Shown here: positions 8,678 to 17,762 of the stretch, one piece after another | Position numbering within the stretch: position 1 is the stretch's first letter | Layout of the letters: every line of letters begins with the position of its first letter | From: Deferribacterales bacterium | GTDB taxonomy: Bacteria; Chrysiogenota; Deferribacteres; Deferribacterales; Geovibrionaceae | Assembly: GCA_050251945.1 (NCBI GenBank) | Contig: JBFWLW010000003.1 | Coordinates: forward strand, 192,001-256,000 | Direction of reading: 5' to 3' | DNA length: 64,000 bases | Translations under genes and position numbers: made by a program | The notes under the pieces: generated by a model | Databases searched by the model: none | What the model was told of the DNA's origin: nothing | The model's input: the letters and a program-made list of their open reading frames with translations, nothing else

Positions 8678-9933
8678 TGAGTTTTCAGTTCATTAGAGAA
8701 CTCACCACCAACCTGCCCGCACTTATGCGCGGCAGAACGGCTGGACAGCTCATAATACAGACTACGGACATGTGCAACGCAAAATGTCCTCAATGCGGTA
8801 TGCGCACGCAGGAGCAGTTTAAACGCTCAAAGCTGGACGGCGACAGCATCAAATCAATAATCGATCAGGCGGCTAAGAACCGCGTTAAAGCGCTCTCTTT
8901 CACCGGGGGCGAGCCGTTTCTTTTTCAGGACACACTTCTTAACTGCATTTCATATGCACACAGCAAAAAGATACCCTACATCCGTACGGGAACAAACGGT
9001 TTCATGTTCATAGGCGCGAATAAGCCCGGATTTGCAGACCGCATGCGTGAGTTTGCAAAGCTTCTTAAGCAGAGCGGACTTTACACCTTCTGGATAAGTC
9101 TGGACACATGGGACATCATGGAGCACGAAAAGAACAGAGGGCTGTCCGGCGTAACGGACGGCATACGCATGGCGCTTCCCGTTTTCAGGGAAGAGGGGAT
9201 ATTTCCGTCCGCCAATCTCGGCATAAACAGGACGATAGTCAGAGGCGAACTGACGGTTGACAAAGACAGCAGCGAATTTGAAAAAGCTCGTTTTTATGAG
9301 GCATACAGAGAGGGATTTGCGAAGTTTTACGGCTTTGCCGAGGCTATGGGGTTCACCATCGCAAACGCCTGCTACCCAATGAGCATGCAGGAGGGCGCAG
9401 TATATAAGGCGGAATCGTCCGACAATATGGTCTGTTACAACGAAACTGAAAAATATCTGCTCTTTAAGGCGCTTTACGACACAATTCCGCAGTTTCGCGG
9501 TAAAATACGCATATTTACTCCGAGAAATTCGCTGAAAATGCTTATGCGTCAGTATTCAGGAGACAATGAAGCAGGATTTGCCTGTTACGGCGGCATAGAC
9601 TATTTCTTTGTGAACAGCGTCAACGGTCACGCGTACCCATGCGGATTCCGTTCGGACGACGACCTAGGCGAATACGCTGGTCTGAACACTAAAGATATCC
9701 GTATCAAACCTTATTGCCGCGAATGTGACTGGGAATGTTTCAGAGACCCGTCAAACCAGACGGGAGCAATCACGGAGATTTTCCGCAAACCGCTGAAAAC
9801 CGCAATGATCTTCTTGAAAGACCCGCAGTTCACGCGCGATTGGTGGAGCGATCTTTTTTACTATTTTGCCTGTTCAATGTTCAATTTCAAAACGCCGCCC
9901 AATTACGGAAGAATGAAGAAATTTCAGAAATGA
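8677..9933 (+). CDS. Radical SAM protein with C-terminal SPASM/twitch-like Cys cluster
   Basis: CNAKCPQC and SFTGGEP. C-terminal CYGG, YPCG and CRECDWEC. Start overlaps the upstream stop. Confidence 0.88.
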   Translation: MSFQFIRELTTNLPALMRGRTAGQLIIQTTDMCNAKCPQCGMRTQEQFKRSKLDGDSIKSIIDQAAKNRVKALSFTGGEPFLFQDTLLNCISYAHSKKIPYIRTGTNGFMFIGANKPGFADRMREFAKLLKQSGLYTFWISLDTWDIMEHEKNRGLSGVTDGIRMALPVFREEGIFPSANLGINRTIVRGELTVDKDSSEFEKARFYEAYREGFAKFYGFAEAMGFTIANACYPMSMQEGAVYKAESSDNMVCYNETEKYLLFKALYDTIPQFRGKIRIFTPRNSLKMLMRQYSGDNEAGFACYGGIDYFFVNSVNGHAYPCGFRSDDDLGEYAGLNTKDIRIKPYCRECDWECFRDPSNQTGAITEIFRKPLKTAMIFLKDPQFTRDWWSDLFYYFACSMFNFKTPPNYGRMKKFQK

Positions 9934-9988
9934 AGCACAGAGACATTAAGGCGTATCCAATAATTGTTGGCACATTTATTTGAGAATG

Positions 9989-10114
9989 AGATCGCTTCTG
10001 GCATAAAGCCCTCGCGAAGACGGAATAAAAACCATGTCTCTGCGAGGAATATCAGCCAAAGGCTGAATGAATCAACTTTCAGGCTAATTGTTGAATAAAG
10101 TGACGAAGCAGTCT
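9989..10114. repeat. REP pair, second unit with an expanded loop
   Basis: AGATCGCTTC..CCTCGCGAAGAC followed by GTCTCTGCGAGGAA-(about 50 nt)-GACGAAGCAGTCT. Confidence 0.75.
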
Positions 10115-10154
10115 CGTCTTTCAATATACATCATCGTCAATTTTGTTAAGTACT

Positions 10155-11027
10155 CTAAAAACTATGTTCGTACCCGACGTTTGATATATCCGTGAACTGT
10201 CCGTCCTTTTCAAGCCATACACCTGAACCGGATTCCACACGCCCGATACATATTACCGCAGGATAAGCCGCTTTCAGTTCATCCGCTTTTTCCGCAGGAA
10301 CAGTGAACAGCAGAGAAAATTCCTCACCCGAACCAAGGGCATATTCAACTGTATACCCATCACGGGGAACCTTTGAATGTTCAACCACGATCTTAACGCC
10401 GCTTCTGTCTGCTATGTGGGATGCATCCCGTCCTATACCGTCGCTCACATCTATGCAGGAATTCGCTATGCCTGTCCTGCCGAGGAAATCACCAAGAGCA
10501 GTTTCAGCACGCACAAGGTAGTGATTATAGTTGTCCTTTGAACCAGCTGTCTCCCTGTCAAGAAGCTGTCTGACACGTCCGGCGGGTCTGGAAAGAAACA
10601 GCAGGTCGCCTGCCTTAGCTCCTGAACGGGTAAGAACGTATTCGTTGCGCTCACCCACTATGGTCAGCGATAAGAAAAGCCCCGAAGCTGACGATGTGGT
10701 ATCCCCGCCGATGAGCCTGACTCCGTATGATTCAAACGGTCTGACGATATCTTCCGCGGAAATCTCCCTGCCTTCGGGAACAGCTATCCCCAGAAGGGCA
10801 TATTTCGCCACACCGCCCATGGCGGCTATATCGCTGACGTTTGCAGTAAGAAGTTTCTGCATGATATGACTGAACGGAGCGTCGGAAGTAAAATGGACCC
10901 CCTCCGCCATGATGTCTTTGGCAATAAGCGTCGTGCCGAATAAGGCGGCATCGTCGCCTACCCCTAGGGCGATGCCGCTGTTATCCAGCATATGTGACAA
11001 ACTCTCTATGAGAGAGAATTCTTTCAT
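10155..11027 (-). CDS. thiL: Thiamine-monophosphate kinase
   Basis: MKEFSLI, GVGDDAA, NVSDIAAMGG, GGDT, DVSDG and GEEF motifs. Confidence 0.93.
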   Translation of the reverse strand: MKEFSLIESLSHMLDNSGIALGVGDDAALFGTTLIAKDIMAEGVHFTSDAPFSHIMQKLLTANVSDIAAMGGVAKYALLGIAVPEGREISAEDIVRPFESYGVRLIGGDTTSSASGLFLSLTIVGERNEYVLTRSGAKAGDLLFLSRPAGRVRQLLDRETAGSKDNYNHYLVRAETALGDFLGRTGIANSCIDVSDGIGRDASHIADRSGVKIVVEHSKVPRDGYTVEYALGSGEEFSLLFTVPAEKADELKAAYPAVICIGRVESGSGVWLEKDGQFTDISNVGYEHSF

Positions 11028-11641
11028 AACTTTTCCGCTTTTTCGCGCAGTTCTGCCGCCGCCCTTGCGGGGTCATCCGCCGCGCATATGCAGGAGGACA
11101 CAGCAACACCCGACAGCCCGCAGCCGTAAAGAGTGTGTATGTTCCGTGCGTTTATCCCGCCTATGGCAATGGCGGGCTTTGATGTGAGCTTTATGAGTTC
11201 CGCTATCCCTTCGGGAGCTATAACAGGGCGCAGGTCTTTTTTGGTGCCAGTCATAAAAGCGGGTCCCACGCCGATGTAGTCCGCCAGCTTTGCGGTCTCT
11301 ATATCCTCTTTAGTGTTGCACGAATAGCCGTACAGCATGTCGGGAAACACCTCTTTCGCCCTTTTAAGCGGCACGTCCTTAACGCCGATATGCACAGCCT
11401 GCGCGCCAAGGCAGCGTGCAAGGTCTATGCGGTCGTTAACGACAAACAGAACGTCCTTACCTGTCAGAAGTTCCGTAAGCTTAAGCCCTGTCTCATACTG
11501 CTCTTTCGCCGACATCCCCTTGTCCCGAAGCTGAACCGCAGTTACGCCGTTCTTCACCACTTCGGGTATAAAAACCTCAAGAGGCTTTTTAAGCATGTGC
11601 GTTTCAAGAACAAGATAGAGCTTTAAGTGTTGTTTCATCAC
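11024..11641 (-). CDS. thiE: Thiamine-phosphate synthase
   Basis: QLRDK, VNDRIDLA, HIG, DYIGVGP and AIGGI motifs. Confidence 0.93.
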   Translation of the reverse strand: MMKQHLKLYLVLETHMLKKPLEVFIPEVVKNGVTAVQLRDKGMSAKEQYETGLKLTELLTGKDVLFVVNDRIDLARCLGAQAVHIGVKDVPLKRAKEVFPDMLYGYSCNTKEDIETAKLADYIGVGPAFMTGTKKDLRPVIAPEGIAELIKLTSKPAIAIGGINARNIHTLYGCGLSGVAVSSCICAADDPARAAAELREKAEKL

Positions 11642-12903
11642 AGTTTCTTATCTATTTTTACCGCGCAGAGTTTTCCGCACATGGAGCATGAACCCATGTC
11701 GTGGTTGCGTTTGAATTTTTTACGCGCAGTTTCGGGGTCGAGAGAAAGCTCGAACTGCTTCTCCCAATCCAGCTCTTTTCTGGCTATACTCATCAGCCTG
11801 TTGCGTTCAACGGCTCCGGGTACGCCCTTTTCCATATCGGCAATGTGTCCTGCGAGGCGCGAAGCCATAACACCCTGATAAACGTCGTCCTCGTCAGGAA
11901 GACAGAGGTGTTCGGCCGGTGTTACATAACAGAGAAAATCTGCGCCTGCGGCACCTGCAATAGCTCCGCCGATGGCAGCCGTGATATGGTCGTATCCTGC
12001 ACCGATATCTGTGGGGAGCGGTCCCAGAATATAAAACGGAGCATCGTTGCAGAGACGTTTCTGAAGCATCATGTTGGATGCTATCTGGCTCAGCGGAACG
12101 TGTCCGGGACCTTCTATCATAACCTGAACGTTCTTCTCGTAAGCGCGTTTTGCAAGCTCGCCGAGGATGATAAGTTCGTCTATCTGGGGTCTGTCAGTGG
12201 CGTCTGCAGTAGCTCCGGGACGGAAACCGTCGCCGAGACTCAGAGTGACGTCATATTTGTATGCTATTTTAAGAAGTTCGTCATAATATTCGTAAAGAGG
12301 GTTTTCTTTTTTATGAACCCTTATCCAGTTGGCAAGGATTGAACCGCCGCGGGAAACTATACCGCAAACGCGGTCGCTGTTGTCCATTCTGGCAACTGAC
12401 TCCTTCGTTATGCCGCAGTGGACAGTGATGTAGTCCACACCCTCGCGGCACTGTTTCTCTATGTTGCGAAGAAGCACCTCTTCGTCAATTTTATCTGTTG
12501 TGAGATCCTTCATGGCGAGTTCCGCCGCAACTGCATATATCGGAACCGTGCCGAGCATGACGGGGCAGTTCTTTTCTATCTCAACGCGGATAGCGTTCAG
12601 GTCGCCGCCTGTTGAAAGATCCATAACGCTGTCAGCACCTGCACGGATTGCTGCATCAAGCTTTTTAAGCTCGACATCAAGGAACGGGCAGTCGCCAGAC
12701 GTACCGATGTTCGCATTGACCTTCGTCTTAAGTTTTTTGCCTATGCCGCGCACGTCAAAATTTCTGTTTATATTCTTCGGGATAACAACCTTGCCTTCGG
12801 CAATTAAGGTGACAAGCTCATTTACGTCAATGAGTTCATCCTTCGCTACCTTCGCTATCTCCGGTGTTATTATGCCTTTTTTCGCCGCCTCAAGCTGTGT
12901 CAT
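11638..12903 (-). CDS. thiC: Phosphomethylpyrimidine synthase
   Basis: KVNANIGTS, MDLSTG, SRGGS, EGPGHVP, PAEHL and CSMCGKLC. True start MTQLEAA at 12903 after AAGGAG. Confidence 0.96.
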   Translation of the reverse strand: MTQLEAAKKGIITPEIAKVAKDELIDVNELVTLIAEGKVVIPKNINRNFDVRGIGKKLKTKVNANIGTSGDCPFLDVELKKLDAAIRAGADSVMDLSTGGDLNAIRVEIEKNCPVMLGTVPIYAVAAELAMKDLTTDKIDEEVLLRNIEKQCREGVDYITVHCGITKESVARMDNSDRVCGIVSRGGSILANWIRVHKKENPLYEYYDELLKIAYKYDVTLSLGDGFRPGATADATDRPQIDELIILGELAKRAYEKNVQVMIEGPGHVPLSQIASNMMLQKRLCNDAPFYILGPLPTDIGAGYDHITAAIGGAIAGAAGADFLCYVTPAEHLCLPDEDDVYQGVMASRLAGHIADMEKGVPGAVERNRLMSIARKELDWEKQFELSLDPETARKKFKRNHDMGSCSMCGKLCAVKIDKKL

Positions 12904-12917
12904 GTTTATCTCCTTAA

Positions 12918-12954
12918 CAAAAAACCCCGTTCCGGACAAATGCCGAAACGGGGT
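12918..12954 (-). terminator. Riboswitch expression-platform terminator
   Basis: Minus-strand ACCCCGTTTCGG..CCGGAACGGGG hairpin plus T-run, between the aptamer and thiC. Confidence 0.75.
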
Positions 12955-12973
12955 CATAAAGCCTTGCTAAATG

Positions 12974-13048
12974 TCCGTTCCCTACGTCGGCATTACCCGA
13001 ATCAGGTCTTAGGGGTATATCTCAGCCGCACCGGGCACCCCCACGGTT
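12974..13048 (-). ncRNA. TPP riboswitch
   Basis: Minus strand GGGGTGCCC..GGCTGAGATATACCCCTAAGACCTGATTCGGGTAATGCCGACGTAGGGAA, upstream of thiC. Confidence 0.95.
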
Positions 13049-13090
13049 TTAAAACTATATTACTTTTTACATACGTTCGCAAGAACGATT

Positions 13091-13363
13091 TTATCTTTCT
13101 ATGACAAACTCCGCATAGCCGGAATCGCCCTGAATCTCCTCTGTCTCCATGCGCTCAACCGACGAAAAAGGGGATCCTTCATGCGCTTCCAGAAGAGCGG
13201 CGTCAACAGCCTCTTTCTCACCTGTGATATCAAGCTCGACAGAACCGTCGGGCATATTCCGCACATAACCTGTCACAGTAAGGCGCGAGATACGCCTGTG
13301 GACAGACGCGCGGTAGCCCACGCCCTGCACACGTCCATATACTCTGGCGCGGATGCGCATCAT
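13091..13363 (-). CDS. acyP: Acylphosphatase
   Basis: GRVQGVGYR and GYVRNMPDGSVE motifs. Confidence 0.92.
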   Translation of the reverse strand: MMRIRARVYGRVQGVGYRASVHRRISRLTVTGYVRNMPDGSVELDITGEKEAVDAALLEAHEGSPFSSVERMETEEIQGDSGYAEFVIER

Positions 13364-14868
13364 TTCATTTTCACCCAGAATTTCGCTGTCTCCTGCCTGT
13401 CCTGTGTTACAACGACAGGATAGAGCATTTTTGCAGTGTCTTCCGCATATTTTTTCATAAATCTTTTGGGCTGGAGATTGATAACATAGCCTCTGTCATC
13501 GCCGTCGTTCACCATGGAGAAGGATGGAACATAGCCTTTAAGGTTTATGGGAAGTCCTGTTATCTCACCGTCGAGAGCGAGTGAAACAAGTTCAAGCTTT
13601 GTTCCCACAGAGAGATTTAGCGTCTCGCCGTTTGCAACTGTCAAAGGTTTGCCGTTCACTTTCACGTTGAACACATAGCCTGCGGCGGGTGTCTGAACAG
13701 CAGGAGCGGCGGGCTTAACAGGTTCGGCAACAGGTTCCGCTTTCGGCGCTTCCGCCACAGGCTGAACCTTCGGAGCCTTTGCAACAGCGATGCTGATATT
13801 TCCTATCTTTATGTTGTCCTTGCGGAACTGGAGAACGGAGTTGTTCTTTATTATAAATTTTGAATTGAGGTCGTTCAGCGTGCCGTATCCTAGAAGGTCG
13901 CCGGAAACGCCCCTTTCATAGTTGGATTCTATGTGACGGAGTTCAACAACGTCCCCTCTGTTGACGTAAAGTGTCTGACCTCTGTCAATCTTTTTCGGTT
14001 CGTCGTTAACTGCAATTATGGCGTAGTCGAATCTGGGTTTATCGATGATAATAGAGGGAACTTCCGGAACTATTCCGTATATTTTCATGAACTCGTTAAC
14101 GGCGTAGTTATGATAAAGCACTTTCAGCTCCACACTGGGCAGATTCTTAGAAGATTCTATACCGTACGCGGGAATGCAGTATTGCCTGACAGCGTAGTAT
14201 GTGGCTGTTTTGCGCATATCGCTGAACGGAGTTTTCGGATTTGCGGTATCGGTATTAAAATAGTGAAGGTGATATCTTTCATCGTCTATTTTGCCGTTAA
14301 CCGTTTTGAGAACGTCCATGGCATGACTTTTCAGGTCGATAGTCTTTCCGTTTCCGCATTTATACATGTCGGCATCGGTGATAACTGACTGGCCGAATCT
14401 ATTGGGATTCCGGTTGCTGTCCACGTAAACCGGACTGTGGTAGCCCCAGCCGTCGTGAAGGTTAAGGAATACGTTAGACTCACTCATCAGTTTCTTGACG
14501 ACGGATACAACTTTGTCCATCTCAAGTCTTTCAGGCTCGTCCAGAAATCTGCGGTTCATATCGCCGTCGGGTCCTCTGTCGTAAAGGATTACCGATTTGA
14601 AATTTGCTCTGGGGATAACTATCAGGTTTCCTTTTTCAAGGCGCAGGTCGGAATAGAGATCCGCCGAAAGAAACCCGCCCGGCTCGTCCCCCTGAATACC
14701 GCCGAGGATAAGCATGGTGGGACCGTTCTGCCTTCCGTATATCTTATACACCTGAAGTTCATAGTCGGTGCCTTTAAAATAGTTCTCAACCTTCGTATAG
14801 GGTCTTGTCTGGGCATATGCGGAAACAACCGTCAAAACAAGCATGATCGCCAATAAAAATCTTTTCAT
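13360..14868 (-). CDS. M14/M99-type peptidoglycan DL-carboxypeptidase (Csd4/Pgp1-like)
   Basis: Signal peptide, GGIQGDEPGG (Gln zinc ligand), DMNRRF, LNLHDG and IESSKNL. Confidence 0.8.
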   Translation of the reverse strand: MKRFLLAIMLVLTVVSAYAQTRPYTKVENYFKGTDYELQVYKIYGRQNGPTMLILGGIQGDEPGGFLSADLYSDLRLEKGNLIVIPRANFKSVILYDRGPDGDMNRRFLDEPERLEMDKVVSVVKKLMSESNVFLNLHDGWGYHSPVYVDSNRNPNRFGQSVITDADMYKCGNGKTIDLKSHAMDVLKTVNGKIDDERYHLHYFNTDTANPKTPFSDMRKTATYYAVRQYCIPAYGIESSKNLPSVELKVLYHNYAVNEFMKIYGIVPEVPSIIIDKPRFDYAIIAVNDEPKKIDRGQTLYVNRGDVVELRHIESNYERGVSGDLLGYGTLNDLNSKFIIKNNSVLQFRKDNIKIGNISIAVAKAPKVQPVAEAPKAEPVAEPVKPAAPAVQTPAAGYVFNVKVNGKPLTVANGETLNLSVGTKLELVSLALDGEITGLPINLKGYVPSFSMVNDGDDRGYVINLQPKRFMKKYAEDTAKMLYPVVVTQDRQETAKFWVKMK

Positions 14869-16376
14869 TTTGCTCTCCAGTTTTCGGAGACTATACGGAG
14901 TCCGCTGTCACCGTTTTCAAGTATAAGTGTTTTGATACCCGTATCGCTGTATTTGTCGCCTGTGTACTTCTGTACAAATGTAACGACAACCGTGTCATCT
15001 TTACCCATTTCAACTTTGATGTCTTCCATTTCAACTGTGATAGAGGCGATCCTTGCGAATTTGCCGCCCTTATCTTTTTTCCATGCGTCAAAACCCATGC
15101 GTCCGCTTTTGAATCTGTCGGAATAGTATGACATATATCCGTCGATATTTCTGCTTTCCCATGCCGCTTCCCATGCGTGCAGAAGGTTTGCGGTGGCTTC
15201 GTGGATATCGGATATGTTGTCTTCGAGTATTGTTTCCGGTTCTGTCTGTTCAGTTTCCTGAGCTTTCGTTTCAGGTTCTGCGGGTTTTGTTTTTTCCGGT
15301 TCAACCTGAGCTATGATCTTTTCGGAAACAGGTTTCGCAGGTTCTTTTTTGGGTTCTGCCTTGGCAACAGCCACATGAGCAGGTTTCTTAGGCTGTTCTT
15401 TCGGTTTTTCAACCAGTTCGGGCAGAACAGGTTTGCTCTCCTGCACTTTTGAGGCAAGTTTTACGTTTCCGCCTTTCATCTGTTCAAAGTCTTCCGCAAC
15501 TATCTTGAGCTGTCCGCCCTCGTTGCGTAAATAGAGCGTTTTACGCCCGAAAACTGTCATATTCGATGCCGAATAATACTGGTCAAATTGTGCAACCACT
15601 TCGTCCTTAGACTCGTGGAAGATACGGAAGTTGTCCGCCGCTATCCTCCTGTCGGGGTAAGCACTCATAAGATATTTTTTATAGTTCAGATACGCATTAA
15701 GACTTTTGCCGTCTTTGGAACGAAAGCCTTTGCCGTATGAGTTTTTAAATCTGTCGAAATTATTGGAGCGCCATGCGTCTATAAATTCGTTAACAGCTGC
15801 CCTTGCAGTGTCGTAAGACTGTCTGTAGGTCTGGGGCGAGCCGAAAAGGGCGCTTCTGGTGATAATGACAGGAGTTCCGGCAGTGAAATACTGCGAGAGC
15901 CCGCGAATGTCGGGGTTATCGAGAGCAACGCATCCTTTTGTTGCGGGATCCTGTCTGTTGTCCTCTTTTCCGTGGAGCCAAATGCCGCCTCCGGTCTTTC
16001 CGTTGAGAGTATCCAGCAGGTTCGGATAGCTCAGGGGAAACGCGCCGAATCCGTATATTTTTGCGGTTTCTCTCCCGTACATCTCAATAAGACGCTGACC
16101 GGAGAGGAAACTTGTTATCCTGTAAACGCCTTCCGGTGTTTTGAGGTCGCCTCTCGAAGATTTATCGCCGTTTCCTTTGCCCACAAGCACATTAACGGTC
16201 TTGATGATGGAAACTCCGTCGCCCGTGACCCGCACGACGTGCAGTTTTCTTTTGTCCTTTTCAACAATAACTGCGGTGAAGCTTTCGCCTCTCTGCGCGG
16301 CAACGTTAAGTATTGTGTTCGCAGCAAAGGCATATGACACAGTGAGAAGCAGAAGAATAACCAGAAACTTTTTCAT
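14865..16376 (-). CDS. YkuD-family L,D-(carboxy/trans)peptidase with NTF2-like domains (Csd6/Pgp2-like)
   Basis: GDLKTPEGVY, LSYPN, GGGIWLHG and TKGCVAL. Two NTF2-like segments. Start MKKFLVI at 16376. Confidence 0.82.
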   Translation of the reverse strand: MKKFLVILLLLTVSYAFAANTILNVAAQRGESFTAVIVEKDKRKLHVVRVTGDGVSIIKTVNVLVGKGNGDKSSRGDLKTPEGVYRITSFLSGQRLIEMYGRETAKIYGFGAFPLSYPNLLDTLNGKTGGGIWLHGKEDNRQDPATKGCVALDNPDIRGLSQYFTAGTPVIITRSALFGSPQTYRQSYDTARAAVNEFIDAWRSNNFDRFKNSYGKGFRSKDGKSLNAYLNYKKYLMSAYPDRRIAADNFRIFHESKDEVVAQFDQYYSASNMTVFGRKTLYLRNEGGQLKIVAEDFEQMKGGNVKLASKVQESKPVLPELVEKPKEQPKKPAHVAVAKAEPKKEPAKPVSEKIIAQVEPEKTKPAEPETKAQETEQTEPETILEDNISDIHEATANLLHAWEAAWESRNIDGYMSYYSDRFKSGRMGFDAWKKDKGGKFARIASITVEMEDIKVEMGKDDTVVVTFVQKYTGDKYSDTGIKTLILENGDSGLRIVSENWRAK

Positions 16377-16380
16377 AACC

Positions 16381-17703
16381 CTACCATTCAATATTTTTTC
16401 CATAGAGAAAATAACGATCAAGCTTGTTTTTCAACATACCCTGAACAGGTTTCGACATTCCGATGGGTATATCATAATAGAAAACAGCCCCGCCATGATA
16501 ATCAGCAGGCATGTCGATGTCAAACCCTTTCAGGTAACGCAATGCATTATTATAATCAGTCTGCGACTTAAGCTCATCCCTGATGCAATCAGCAAGCTGC
16601 CAGAAAGCCTGCGAGGTGAGTTCGCCCTCCCTTTTAAACAGCATTATGCCGTTGCTTTTAAAGTTTATGCTTCTGTCCATGCGGCTTGTAAGGTATTTTG
16701 AGCCGCCTTTTTCATAAACCTCTGCAAATTCGGGAAAATCGTCAAAGAAGGAGTTTATCTCCTTATCCGGCTTGAAACGTACGAAGCTCCCGCCCTCCGA
16801 AGGCTCGCCTTTTTTGCGTATGGCGGCGATGAAAAATCCGTCGTATTCGTCCAGATGAGGCAGGAAACGGATAACCTTTTCGTCCAGCGCGCTGTCGCCG
16901 CTGATACCTTTCGTATATTGACCTTTATTTATATCTATGAGCTCACAGTCGAAGGATTCAAGCAGATGGCCGACCACCTCTTCGTTCTCCTCTTTGGCAA
17001 AAGTACAGGTGGAATAGACCATCACCCCGCCTTCTTTAAGCGAAACAAAGGCGGAATCGGCTATCTCCTTCTGCAGCTTTGCCATGCGCTCCGTAAGTTC
17101 CTGCGTCCATTCCGCATTGACGGTCTTATTGCGTCCTATCTTGTTTTCGTTACTGCACGGCGCATCCAGCAGGATGCCGTCGAAAAAGCCGTCGAATACC
17201 TTATGGAGGCTGCGCCCGTCCATGCTCACAGTGCGGACGGAATAGCTTCCGTATTTTTCTATATTGAAATGTAATGATTTAAGACGTTTCGGCGAAGGTT
17301 CATTGGCGATGATTGCACACCGGTTTTTCAGAATATCCGCAATGGCGCATGTCTTGCCGCCCGGCGCGCTGGCAACATCCAGAATATATGGGTAATCAGG
17401 CATAAGCGACGCAAGCACCCTTGCCGTGAAAACGGAGGAGGGGTTCATAATATAAAACCCGCCTGTCTGGAAACCAATGGTATCCGTCAGCTTTTCGGCG
17501 TTCTCCGTCACCTTGTAAACATACGGTATCACGGAAGTTTCCATACCTATGCAGATATCGTTAAGTTCTTTCAGATAATCAGCTTTTCTTGCGGAAGCAA
17601 GCCTTATGTGCCTGCTTTTTTCGCGCAGGAGGGTCTCGAAAAACCTTTCGGCATCGTCCCCGAAAACAGTGGTGTATTTGGCAATAAAATCCTTATTCAG
17701 CAT
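16381..17703 (-). CDS. RsmB/RsmF (NOL1/NOP2) RNA m5C methyltransferase
   Basis: ASAPGGKT, LLDAPCS, YSTCT and EENE motifs. Confidence 0.9.
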   Translation of the reverse strand: MLNKDFIAKYTTVFGDDAERFFETLLREKSRHIRLASARKADYLKELNDICIGMETSVIPYVYKVTENAEKLTDTIGFQTGGFYIMNPSSVFTARVLASLMPDYPYILDVASAPGGKTCAIADILKNRCAIIANEPSPKRLKSLHFNIEKYGSYSVRTVSMDGRSLHKVFDGFFDGILLDAPCSNENKIGRNKTVNAEWTQELTERMAKLQKEIADSAFVSLKEGGVMVYSTCTFAKEENEEVVGHLLESFDCELIDINKGQYTKGISGDSALDEKVIRFLPHLDEYDGFFIAAIRKKGEPSEGGSFVRFKPDKEINSFFDDFPEFAEVYEKGGSKYLTSRMDRSINFKSNGIMLFKREGELTSQAFWQLADCIRDELKSQTDYNNALRYLKGFDIDMPADYHGGAVFYYDIPIGMSKPVQGMLKNKLDRYFLYGKNIEW

Positions 17704-17762
17704 GGACTAAAGGATAAAACAATTATGTTGAGTTTACAACTGTAATATAGTAGGCTTCAAAT

